A stretch of DNA of 64,000 nucleotides. Source: Lytechinus pictus (lineage: Eukaryota). Both the position numbers and the translations under genes were made by a program. The DNA is taken from positions 25,172,001 to 25,236,000 of the forward strand of contig NC_087261.1 of assembly GCF_037042905.1 (NCBI RefSeq), in the 5' to 3' direction. Each line of letters starts with the position of its first letter. The stretch's first letter is position 1. This document shows, piece after piece, positions 39,491 to 51,596 of the stretch. The notes beneath the pieces are model-generated. The model worked only from the letters and a program-made list of their open reading frames with translations. It was not told where the DNA came from and ran no database searches.

Positions 39491-42400
39491 CTGTAATTAT
39501 TTTTTTTATATAATTAGGAAGAAATATGAACAATTTTATACATTTCATAGCGGGTATCCGCTTGAAGTATTTTTGTCGTGAATCTTAGCGCCACATTTAT
39601 GGCCGCTCAGGATCTCAACTTTTAAAGCGAGGATGGAGATTATCTGATTGCTTAGTTTCCCATTGATGTTGAAGTGTTTAGGAAAGACAAGAACATGACA
39701 GAGCAACTTCGAAAGTCATTATCTTTAAATTTAACTGTATTTTTATAACAACATAAACACCGTCACAATTGTAGTCAGCAATCACGTTTTATATCATTGT
39801 ATTTTCGTGGAATTATCTTTCTATTTCACAGTTTCATTACTACCATTATATCTATAAAAATATACGGTTGCTACAAACCTCCTTGTGAAACAAACGATGG
39901 CGACGATGACTATGATGATGATCACAACAGCAGCCACTCCTCCACCAATCCCTGCATACAAGGCTGTGTGAATCAACATTACTAATTATTCCGCTCGATT
40001 ATACGTTTAAAATTATCGTATAAACTATTCTTAATGCAAAAGTGTCAAGAACCTCTTCAAATGATAAAAAGTTGCATGAATATATGGTAACGGGTTTCTT
40101 AATTCCTACTGTTTTCATGCGTTTTGATTGAGGTTGATGGACCTGCGACAATTTTAACTCTTATTCCCATGCAGTGGTCATGGTGGTTGCCTTGGGGGTT
40201 TTCATCATGGGAGAAGTCACTGATTTTCTGTTACCAAATTGCCTGTGTTACCGCCCGCGCGTGTTTCATTCGAATTGGCATTTAGTGGGTCTTGATGATG
40301 AAATATAACTCAGATAACTTATTACGCAATATACATGTATACCTTTATCCTGGTACTACATTAATATAAAAAATTATTGCATTTCCTCACTATTATTACT
40401 GTGACTGTTATCATTTGGTTTAAATATGATTCGTGTTGCTATCTTAAAAGAAAGGAAATATGGAAATATAAGTAGAAAAAGAAAAAAATATTGAAAGAGT
40501 AATTGTAAGCGTAAGGTTAGCTGAAAATATATACAACAGTTGTCAGGGGTTCGGTAAATTACCTGTGCTATTTCCTGCCGTAGGAAGATTGGAAGTTCTT
40601 TGAGGTTCCGTAGGTGATGATGCTGNNNNNNNNNNNNNNNNNNNNNNNNNNNNNNNNNNNNNNNNNNNNNNNNNNNNNNNNNNNNNNNNNNNNNNNNNNN
40701 NNNNNNNNNNNNNNNNNNNNNNNNNNNNNNNNNNNNNNNNNNNNNNNNNNNNNNNNNNNNNNNNNNNNNNNNNNNNNNNNNNNNNNNNNNNNNNNNNNNN
40801 NNNNNTTGTTGTAACTTCCTGGTTAGTGGATGGTATAGTGGATGTCGTCGTAAGTGGTGAAGTGGCTGTGTCAAAATGAAAGAACATTTAGATTAATTGA
40901 CTTTATTACTAAATGTCACATTTATTACTAAATGTCATACATTTTCTATCAATTTTACATAATGCATTGTAATATGGCAATTTGAGCTAACACAGCCGCG
41001 ACTCATAAATATTTTGTTTTAAGATGTCCTTGAATATTTTTCAATTATTCATTAGTTATTTCTTGCATTCCAAAGAGAATATGTTGTATTGGGCCAGCCG
41101 AGAAGATTCGCCGGCAATCCGCTCGAAGATGTCGTTGACGAAGCTGTTCATGATCGTCATGGCCCGGCTATGAATTCCATAAATAAAAAAATATCAAAAA
41201 GTCGCCATTTATGCAATGATACATTTCAGCCCTCACCCTTCAACCATATTCTTCTTAAAAAATAAAATAAATGGAAACTTAACTACATTTCCCAGATTGG
41301 GTTGATATAATATCAAACCCAGACTGTAGATGTATCTGTATTATTTAACATTATAAATGCAATGATCTTTTTGATTTATTAACTATAATGTTTGGTATTT
41401 TCATCAGCTACAGAACAGGTAGTGAAGTTCAAATCTAAGACTCTTGAATTAACTCAGTGAACATAGCTAATTCTTGTACCTTTTCCCCGCTAGAAGCCTC
41501 TATTGTCTAGCAGTCTCTATTGTCTACTTTCCATTGTAAATTACAAAAATGCCAGACATTGCAGTGCCTCATTTAATATGCGTGCCTAACAAACCCTAAC
41601 TGAGACATTCTGGAATATTCTTATTATGCAATAAACTTCCCCAAGAGAAAAATAGTTAAATGAGTGAATATACATGTAGTTTCTCTTACTATTTTTCTTA
41701 TACATAACACAGGTACGTATCATAATTACAAAAATGTGCTTATAATATCCCCTTTTAGGTTTGAATATCAAAGATTTTCAGCTCGCGCTACGCGCTCTCA
41801 TTATTTGATCAATGAGATATACATCCGTTTAATGGCACCGTCCGTAAAATGTCTCTATTAGATCAGTATACCTGGCAATTGAGCGCACTTCGCGCGCCAA
41901 AGAAGTGATTCAATTTTCTGCTGGTGCCGCCCCCCCCCCCCACCGCATACAGTGACCCCGGTACGCCAGTGTTAATAAATGAGTACTACTCGTATTAACT
42001 TGATTAGTAGCTGTTAACTTTTTAATAATATTCGATTTCAAAATCTATTTTGCTAAAATCAAGATTCGTCATATTTAGTACATATACAGTATTGTCATAA
42101 TAAGAGAGGAAACATACCCAGTACCGTAGTCGGTGTGTTCATTGTCATGGCGGCTGATACTGCAATTGCATTTTTTTTTTTTATTAAAAGGAAAGAGAAA
42201 ATTAAGATTTTTATCAATTTCACCAAATGACAATCAAATTTACAATACATGTCTAAATATCACAAATATTTTTATGATAATACATTTTTAAAAAATGAAG
42301 TAGAGAAGTACAAGAAACGGTAAACCCAGCGTACTGTTTCATCTGTTGAAACGATTTTGTTACTGCCGTATGTGTTTAGATTTCTTCTCATAAACATGTA

Positions 42401-45400
42401 TTGCATTGTGTTTGTATTTATTGATTATTCCGTTCAAATAAACAAACAACATATCATTACAAAGTCAAATATATCAAAAAGTATGTCAATCATAATTATT
42501 CATAACATAGAAGAAAAATGAATTCGAACTGTATAAAACTGACGTTGCCAAAATAGATAACAACAGAATAGAACGACAATATCATGTTTTAATTTGTTAA
42601 TAGACCAGGGTAAACGTTACAAACATGGTGAGTATGAAGTTTATAGTCGATTTTTGCAACATTAGTTTTGATATTACATAAATAAATGTACATGTTGTAC
42701 TTACTAATGGATTTGTCTATACAAATACGGTGACACGTTTCTGTTCGTATCTTCTTAGACCCCCCTACCCTCCAATTTAAAAATGTACAAATTAGAATTG
42801 TATTAAAACGAACAAAATGAGATGTATCTCCTCAAATGAACATGATGAAATATTAAAAGGTAATGATACACCATTGCCTGGAAAATCAAATTCATTTGAT
42901 TTAGAATTCATACTTCTAAAGACAGCTATGTATCCAATACCACCGCAGCTCTCAGTTAGGTCTCCATGACATGGAACGGAACAGCTTGAATCTTCTCCCA
43001 CTCCATGTCTCGCATAGTTATCACTGGCTTCTCCACAAGAACAACTCGATCCATTTTCTACTCCAGCGTACGAATAGTAAGGTGTGGTAGACACTCCACA
43101 AAACCAGAAGCAATATGAAATACTCATCGACATACTATTAATGACGGAGGTGCTAGATAACACTCTGTCATCCGAAACATCTTTAAAACATCCAAGATAT
43201 TCCTCACCTATATGGATAAAGTAATGAATTTTCGCATTGAACTTCGAAACGTTAGGAATATAAAAAAATTGTCTTACAATCATAACGATATGAAAGTCAA
43301 TTATGTTCAATGTTGCCGAAATATGAAATTACATATGCATTACCTCAAAACATTGTAAATTACCTAATTATTATGAATCTCATATTTTTCTTTTTTGAGC
43401 TATATTCTTAATACTAGTCAGTTCTAGTGAATTAATTATTTATTACACCTGGCTTACCACCCAGCAGTAACCTAATATGTTCCTAATAGCTACTCTGCCT
43501 ACATTTCCCAGGGTGCAAAAATAAAACATTAAAGGACAAGTCCATCCCAACAAAGTGTTGATTTAAATAAAAAGAGACAAATCCAACAAGCATAACAGTG
43601 AAAATATCATCAAAATCGGATGCAAAACAAGAAAGTTATGACATCTTAAACTTTCGCTTAATTTCACAAAACAGTTTTATGCACATCCTGGTCGGTATGC
43701 AAATTAGGAAACGGATGACGTCATCCACTCACTATTTCTTTTGCAATTCAAACAAAAAGTAAAAAAATTGTGAGTGAGGGACATCATCAACTGTCTCATT
43801 TGCATGTCACTGACTTGTACATATAATTGCTTTTGTGAAAAATAAGCGAAACTTTAAAATTCTTATTTTACACCCGATATTGATGAAATTTTCAGCGTTA
43901 TGCTAGTTTGATTTTTCTCCATTTATTCAAATCAAAATTTTTCTAGATTGGACTTTACCTTTAACAGCGCTTCATAGCTTATTGGATAGTACAGTTATAC
44001 TCCATTTTTTATTCCATTTTTTTAATAAATTGGCATGCTTTAATAGATCAACAATTAGTGTGTACGCAAAGATATATATTTTGTATTATTGCATACTTGA
44101 ATAAATCCGTTAAAACATGTATAGGTATTTTGTTTAAGTATTTTTATTGTATTAATTGAACATCATTGACATTGTATAGCAAAAAATTGTTCGTATATAT
44201 TTATTCTCTAGAAAAATGCGAATTATAACAAGACAGAGAAAAAAAGTTCAGACCAATTGGAGAAATTCCCGACACGGGCACTTGCTTTCTGGGTTTATTT
44301 TGCGTTCTTCCATCAACATAAATGATATATTACATTCATTGTTTTTATTGATTTATAAATCTTATGTGAAATTTTAAGAAAAAAATTTCTAATTGAACTG
44401 AATTAAGAGAATCAAGCCACAGTACGCCCACAAATGCCAAATGAAGAGTAAAGGACAGGAAATTCACTTTCGTTAAAGTAATACCGACGGGACATCAGTG
44501 CCGAAATTCAGTTTTTAAAGCAAGAAGGGTATGGTTTAACATTTTTTTATTTTCATACCCCTTTGTCCCTTACTTTTTGTTTTATTCTCCTTGAACGAGT
44601 CTGTAGGCTTTAATTTGTATATTAAAATATATGAAACAATTTGTAGATGTTGGAAATGGAAATAAACTAAATTAAATGAAATGAAAAATGAAATGGCATA
44701 ACCAATTTCATTGCTACAGAACATTATTGGCCATTAAGCCTGTGGTATCAACAATCGTTGTTAAAAATGACTATTCAATATCGCATGTGTTAAAATCTTT
44801 CACTTCTTGTGACGGAAGTTGTATTTGCCTATCAAATTGATGAGGTTGAGTTATAACTTAATCATGAGTCCCCTAGTAGACTGTCCATATCCAATTCACA
44901 TAATTGATTCGGATTCAGTATAGTAATGTTGTTTCTTTAATCACCATGGCAAGATGCTGATCCTGCTGAAGAACACTCGGATGTAGGTGGTAATATAGGA
45001 CATTCTGATAGGCTTCCTTCACCTAGAAATACAACGTAAATATGATAAAGAACAATCTGTTGATTTACGTCAACATACTTTTTTCTTAAAAATATATTCA
45101 ATATTTATAAATGTGACATAATAAAAGATATGATGAGTCCTTGAAAAGGCTTTACTTTCTTTGGGAGTAGATGTATAATGGAAAAAAGTGGAAAATATTA
45201 AGCCACATATTCATTTTTTTTTTATTTAACAAGCTAGGTTCAAAGCGCTGGACTGTATATAAACAAAAATAATGATGGATATCGGCGAACACTACACGTA
45301 ATAGAGAGTTTTCGCAATCACGACGCGGCCGCTCTCTACAACGCACCAATTCCTTTGAAAATGCAAGTCAATTCACAATGGATGGCTAAGAGGCTTTTAT

Positions 45401-48400
45401 CGAAAGTTGATGGATCATCCGAATCTTTGGACCTGACAAACAATTGCAAGTATGTCGTTTTCCAGAGTCACGAGAGGACGCACAGTCGGCCGTGGCGAAA
45501 CCAAAGTGCGCCAAAAGTCATTTTGGTCAATTTAAAAATTTCAATTTTGTTTCATGCCCAGTTGAATAACAACACATTGAAAAAAGTAATTTCACTAATT
45601 TTTTTCATGTATAGATCTGAAATTGGTACCACACAATCCTGATATATTTCCATTTCGTGTGGATGGGTTAAAAGTGGATAAAATACACCCTTCACGTGGT
45701 ATATAGCATGATTATTCCACGAAATATTAAAGCTGATTATTCATGTTTTTAACATTCATATTAGAAACGTTTAGATTTCCGCGGATTTCCGTCTAAATTT
45801 TATCACGTACATTTTATCTGTTGTCTAAGCTTAAAGTTGATGCTAGATTTAGCTGCACCCTCCTGCAACCGTTTATGTTAGATATTACTTGACACATTAC
45901 CCCGAAAAATTGTCATTTTTATACCGCGCAGTCATCCCAGCGAACCGTATGGGGAGTACATTGCCATTCAGTTTTGCATGGCGAGGTCCATTCTTCTTCA
46001 GTTCTACGAACATGACATGAAGTTCCGGACATAATGCAAACAAAATGAAGGTTGATAACGCAATGTAAGGGCTACCCACCCGTCTTCCAGAGATAAAATT
46101 TACCTGTAGAATCAGTTAAGACAAAAATCCTCATCATACTACATTCTTGGTATCACGTTGGCTTGAAATTATATTCAGTCGATTCTACGCCCACAATTAC
46201 CCGTGATCAAAATGTTATAGTAAAAATATTACACGGAATATAATTTTGGAGCACTTTCAACTCACTCTGGCCCTCTGTGCGACACTGCTGCGTGTTGCTG
46301 TCCGGTCCACCAATTTCAACATGCAATTTTCAAATTGCAAGTTATGTCTCCGTAATAAATTTCTTCCAATGGGAAGTTGTTAGAACATCGACGTACAAGA
46401 ATTTATTTTTCTTCTTTAGGAGAAAATCAATACTGCAAAATTAGATGACGGTCCTAGACAGTTCGAAACAGATTTAGCAGATGACTTGTTACACACTCTG
46501 AAACGGATTTCGACTTCATGCGCTCTGTATAATTCACCGCGATATACCCATAAGTCTATTCACATCCTATTCAGATCGTTTTTCCGCCATGACCAGCGGA
46601 GAAGCGCCTCGATAACACTACGATATTAATCAGACCATCGGAACCGAATCCAAACTGATCACTGCCATTGGTTATTTAGTTGGTCTGTAGTCGATTTTGG
46701 CAAGTATGACTGCGGTATTAATAAACATGATATTTTCTGGAGATAAGTTGAGCCACAAAAACTATGTACAAAATGTATGCGGGAAGAACCAGCATGTTAT
46801 TTTTTTAAAGTCTTTTCACTTGCTAATTCTCTATAAATACTAACATCCTCTAAAAGAAAAATAACTGCCATGTGAATTTGCTCCTTTCTGCCTGCATATT
46901 GATCGGGTTTGTTAAGGTTTTTTTTATATACACTACATTACCAATAGAATTACCATGGCTCAACTTGCCCCATGTTTGCTAGCTCAACTACCCCAGTCCG
47001 AACACATTTCTTATGGATCCATCATGTAAAAGACTATGACAAGAATGAAGATCCATACCTGGACTAACAATGTTCTTATGTCTTTACTATATTCAAAGAC
47101 TTGTGTGGGTAAAAAGCACTTAAAGGGGAATCCAACCCAAATAAAAACTTGTTTTTATGAGGAAAAGAAAAATCAGACAAGTTGATTGGTGAAAGTTTGA
47201 ACAATATTGGACAAACAACAAGAAAGTTATGAATGTTTAAAAGTTGTAAATATTGGTAATCACTATACCAATGGAGATTTCAAATTGGCCGCATATGGGA
47301 TGTCATAGTGATGTAAGGCAAGGACTACTCTTCCATGTACTCCAAAACATATTATGGCAAAAATGTCATTTTTCCCAAAAGTTTTATTTCAAATTATATT
47401 TTTCTTTCATGGGGACATAAAACAATATACTACCTGGGTTATATTTAGATTACTGCCCCAGGGGAATGGGTACTTAGGAGAAAACCACAAATCCCTGATA
47501 ATAAAGTACATGGCCTATGGGAAAGTTGTCCTTGCCCCTTGTCATAATTTACTGACCCAGTTGCCAATTTGAAATCTACATAGTATTAGTGATCTCAATT
47601 TTGAAGCAGCTATAACTTTCTTATTACTTGTCCGATTTCTTTCAAACTTTCACCATTTTGTTTAATTTATTTTTCTCCTCCCCAACACAACATTTTACGA
47701 CCAAGGCTGGATTCCCCTTTAATTTCACACCCTTTTTTTTTTACTTTTTTGGGCTGAAATGTGTCTTTTTTCCCTCTAAAAATTATAAAGTACTTTTTGT
47801 TTCAAATTTGAAAACAATGTGGTGGGGTTAGGGGTTTGCCATGGGTCATCAATACATCACACCACCGCAATGTCTGACTCATTCATTATTGGCCTGGGGC
47901 TGGTGGCTCAACTTGCCTCTATGCTCAACTTACCCCGCCTTCCCCTACTCTTTTACAGGTATTTTTTCAGGTTGCCCTTGAAGGTGGTCACTGAAGTCTG
48001 GGTTTTCAAACTCTGAGGGAGAGAATTTCACAGACTAGGCCCTGCATGAGCAAAGGCCTGTTCCCAGCATGGTTTCTTAGCGACTGGAATTTGTAAGAGA
48101 TTAGATGATGAGGATCGTAAATTTCTTGAGGGTTGGTAATTATGCATCAAAGACATATTGTAACTGGGGGAGGTTCCATTGACTATATGAAAAATCAAAA
48201 GAAGGTTTTTACTTCCATCGCAACCTAGCCCCATGGCAGGTGTTGAATTCTGTCCATAAGGTGTGGCCCTCATTGATATGCTTGCTCCTGTGAATCCTAA
48301 CTGTCTGCAAATGACGATGACATCATTGATGTCAAGATTTATTCCACATGTCGTCTCCCAATTGCCGCCATCTTGCTTGACCTCTACTGTACCTTTATTA

Positions 48401-48892
48401 GATACTGGGCCACCAACCAGTTGTACATCTATCAAGAAAGGGCAACGTGGTAAAATGAATATGAATCTAGGAGAGAACTAAATTTGAAATGAAACAACTT
48501 CTTCCAAGTTCCAACTGTCACCCATCCCCTACAGACAATATAGTTGTATTAGATTTTCATAAACACAGAAAATATCTGATCACTATAGCGAGTTTTACCT
48601 TAATAGAGATTCCGATAAAATTACATTGAGATTAATTAAGTTATAATGTGTCTTTATTTGTATTATTTTTAAATTTATTATTTAATCACTTCAATGTACC
48701 AACTCATCAAGCGCATTAGGGCGATCTAAACCTTTTACATACATGGTGCCGTGTAATTAATTCTGTATAAATAATAACATGATACTTCACACTCAGGATT
48801 CGTTTACCTGTTATGACGCATCGGACCATGTGGTTACTGTACTGCATTAGAAGAACCGTTAGGAATACGAGGGTGATCCGATACAAATCCAT
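38743..48892 (-). CDS. Gene C: SRCR-WSC-mucin stalk-TM receptor, about 616 aa (stalk exon contains an N-gap)
   Basis: Exons 48892-48808, 48428-48213, 45022-44945, 43207-42914, 42159-42118, 40865-40563, 39963-39879, 39490-38743; same phases as B. Confidence 0.85.
39879..39963 (-). CDS. Gene C transmembrane exon
   Basis: [27 protein letters not shown]. Confidence 0.9.
40563..40865 (-). CDS. Gene C Ser/Thr-rich stalk exon (gapped)
   Basis: [20 protein letters not shown]-[gap][20 protein letters not shown]. Confidence 0.78.
41083..41169 (-). pseudogene. H2B: 87-bp histone H2B coding fragment inserted in an intron of gene C
   Basis: Translates to [29 protein letters not shown]; absent from the homologous intron of gene D (~58510-58535). 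Confidence 0.93.
42118..42159 (-). CDS. Gene C 42-nt linker micro-exon
   Basis: [14 protein letters not shown]; G|GTATGT donor. Confidence 0.8.
42914..43207 (-). CDS. Gene C WSC-domain exon
   Basis: [46 protein letters not shown]. Confidence 0.92.
43533..43960. mobile_element. Kolobok-like element at the site orthologous to 2325-2903
   Basis: Same flanks and TTAA duplication; internal deletion. Confidence 0.7.
44945..45022 (-). CDS. Gene C SRCR C-terminal exon
   Basis: [26 protein letters not shown]. Confidence 0.88.
47124..47718. mobile_element. TTAA-flanked non-autonomous DNA transposon (Kolobok-like)
   Basis: TTAA|AGGGGAATCCAACC...GGCTGGATTCCCCT|TTAA. Confidence 0.75.
47960..48185 (-). 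mobile_element. L2-type LINE ORF2 C-terminal fragment
   Basis: [26 protein letters not shown]. Confidence 0.7.
48213..48428 (-). CDS. Gene C SRCR N-terminal exon
   Basis: [41 protein letters not shown]. Confidence 0.92.
48808..48892 (-). CDS. Gene C signal-peptide exon
   Basis: [28 protein letters not shown]. Confidence 0.82.
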
Positions 48893-51106
48893 TTCTAAAT
48901 CATATACAATCAGCGGCAAATCTGCAGATCAATTGAAATTTGGGGTGAATATCAGAATTACAACTTAAATAGTGGTTTCGGGACGTTCTGAGCAGAAGAA
49001 AAATATTTTAGAGACGAACCATTGTGTGTTATCAGTGATAAAACTACATTCTGTCTTGTTTGAAACTAGTGACCGATACCAACAAGCACGGGCGACGAAT
49101 TCGTGATGCTTTTGGTTCCTTGATAGGCGTACAAGACGAAACCTAATAGGAAGATGTACAAAACTCGAAATTCTATGGGAGACACGTCGAAACCAAAACC
49201 ACCTTCTGCTAACAGTGGATTTTGGATGAAAAAGTTTTATCAAAATACGAGATGTGAAGTAAAGCGGACAAACCATGAACAAGTTCTGAATTTGTGAACT
49301 TTGGTAACAATGAAGGTTTTATCATCTTTGGAAATTGCATGCATGACCAAATGCTATATTGTAACGTAGGGCAAGAACTCATTGATTTGTTCTAATACAT
49401 AACATGACTAATGTATCCTATTTATCAAAAGCTATTGGAGCATAATAATTTATTTTAACACCATCTATCCCTTTTCAATTGCTTATTGCTTGCTGTCCGA
49501 AGTGCATGACGAATGGACAATAGTGCCTATCGCATAATAATTTACTCAACGTTCTTATCATTATTATTATGAATATTATTGTTATTATTGAATTCATTAT
49601 ACTATTATTTTCATTTATTATTATCATTTAATATTATTATTATTATTATAATTATTATTATTATAATTATTATTATTATAATTATTTTTATTTGATATTT
49701 ACATAGTCATAGTCTCATTCCCTTGAATCTTGTACCATTGTTCTCTTCACATTATTTTCTCCCGTTTTCCGTCGCACACAACTCGATTTACTACCTAGGC
49801 TAAATTCCGCTTTATTATAGAGCCCCCCCCCCCCCACGCACACAGAAAAAAATGGGGAAGTTAATTTACAAGAAAAAATGATAAATCTGAAAGTTGCATG
49901 GGCGATTGTTTTTTCAGTCAAAGACAAACAATTAGAAAGTCAAATACATTTATAAAATGGTACAGAAAGGATCATCAGGACAAAAAAAACAAATCCATGG
50001 CAGTTAAATTCCCAATAAAAGGGATGATTGTCTCTATCGCTTGTCACTTAAATAAAAGTTTGCAATTTGAGAAATCAGTATTCCTACTTATTTGATACTG
50101 TTTTAAACAGTCACAATTTTTTTATTCATTGTCAGATTCTGAGAAACTTCTACCACTTTGTATTACGCCCCCCCCCCTTAATATACATCCTTAACATTAT
50201 CATTCTCATCATAAGAATTTATTCTATCTGCAGTTCGAGCATATCTAATAATCGAAAAGAAATATATTTTCCCTCCTTATACAGTATATGCATGTAAATG
50301 TATACATTCATAATTTTGATAGTGACAATGATACATGTAATTTGAATGTTTTTGTAACGAATTTATACCCTAAAATGACATTCGAAATAATGAAAAAATA
50401 TTTACCATTATTCCTAATTAATTCTCCATGTCTTTCTTGTCTCTTGCAATCAATCCAATAATCATCTGCTAACAAGTTAAAACAGCTGTCGTGTATGATA
50501 ATACTATACTTGCGCTACTACTGTTGCTTTTCGCAATACTGTTCAGCAATGTATCTATGAATCCTGCAAATTAATCGTTGGATCGTTGACATACAACAGG
50601 TGCACGAGTGTCAGAAAACCCACATCCAAGAATCCACCTTTCGCCTTGTAAACGATATGGGATAAGACTTGGTTTCACAAAATTACCATCTTAACGAATA
50701 TGCGGCAGTCCAATTACGCATTTCAAATTGTTTTTAACAAATATTCCATAGTATTACAGAAAGCACAGTTTGAGTAACATGGCCTAGAACATTGTTCATT
50801 TTGGCATTCCTTTTTTTGTGTCATAAAGGAGCAGCCTTTTGTTTGATTCATATAAGCCACCCAAAATTATTGAACCAATAACGGAACAATAGTTTACCCG
50901 ATTCATTTTCAAAATCAAGTTCCTCTTTTGGGAACACATATTCAACATAATATTTATAGCATATTTGTAAAACGTTTGACAATCATGAATTGACATTTGT
51001 TCGTATAATAACTTGTTTCCCCAAAAGATAAAAGTGCATAAAATTGTACTTCGTCATTCGTATATCTGGAGCCTCTTATTTGTTATCATCATTTTGTTAT
51101 GATTAC

Positions 51107-51596
51107 AGTAAGTAGCAGTCGTAGTAACAGAAGTAGTAGTAGTAGTAGTAGTAGTAGAAGTAATAGTAGTAGTATTAGTAGTAGTAGTAGTAGAAATAAT
51201 AGTAGTACCAGTAGTAGTATTAATAGGATTATTATTAGAAGTAGTAGTAGTAGTAGAAGTAGAAAAAGAAGTTGTAGTAATAGCAGTAGCAGTAGNNNNN
51301 NNNNNNNNNNNNNNNNNNNNNNNNNNNNNNNNNNNNNNNNNNNNNNNNNNNNNNNNNNNNNNNNNNNNNNNNNNNNNNNNNNNNNNNNNNNNNNNNNNNN
51401 NNNNNNNNNNNNNNNNNNNNNNNNNNNNNNNNNNNNNNNNNNNNNNNNNNNNNNNNNNNNNNNNNNNNNNNNNNNNNNNNNNNNNNNNNNNNNNNNNNNN
51501 NNNNNNNNNNNNNNNNNNNNNNNNNNNNNNGTAGAAGTATTAATATGATTAGTAGTTCTAGTAGTAGTAGTAGTAGAGTAGTAGTAGTAGTAGTAG
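51107..51596. repeat. (AGT)n microsatellite (resumes at 54000-54191)
   Basis: AGT/TAG repeats around the gap at 51296-51530. Confidence 0.9.

Noticed and set aside
41083-41169. Functional histone H2B gene
   Set aside because: Only 29 internal codons; no N-terminus, C-terminus or 3' stem-loop
48028-48435. 135-aa ORF fusing SRCR to a new C-terminus
   Set aside because: Read-through past the conserved donor at 48212 into an L2 remnant; no evidence of intron retention
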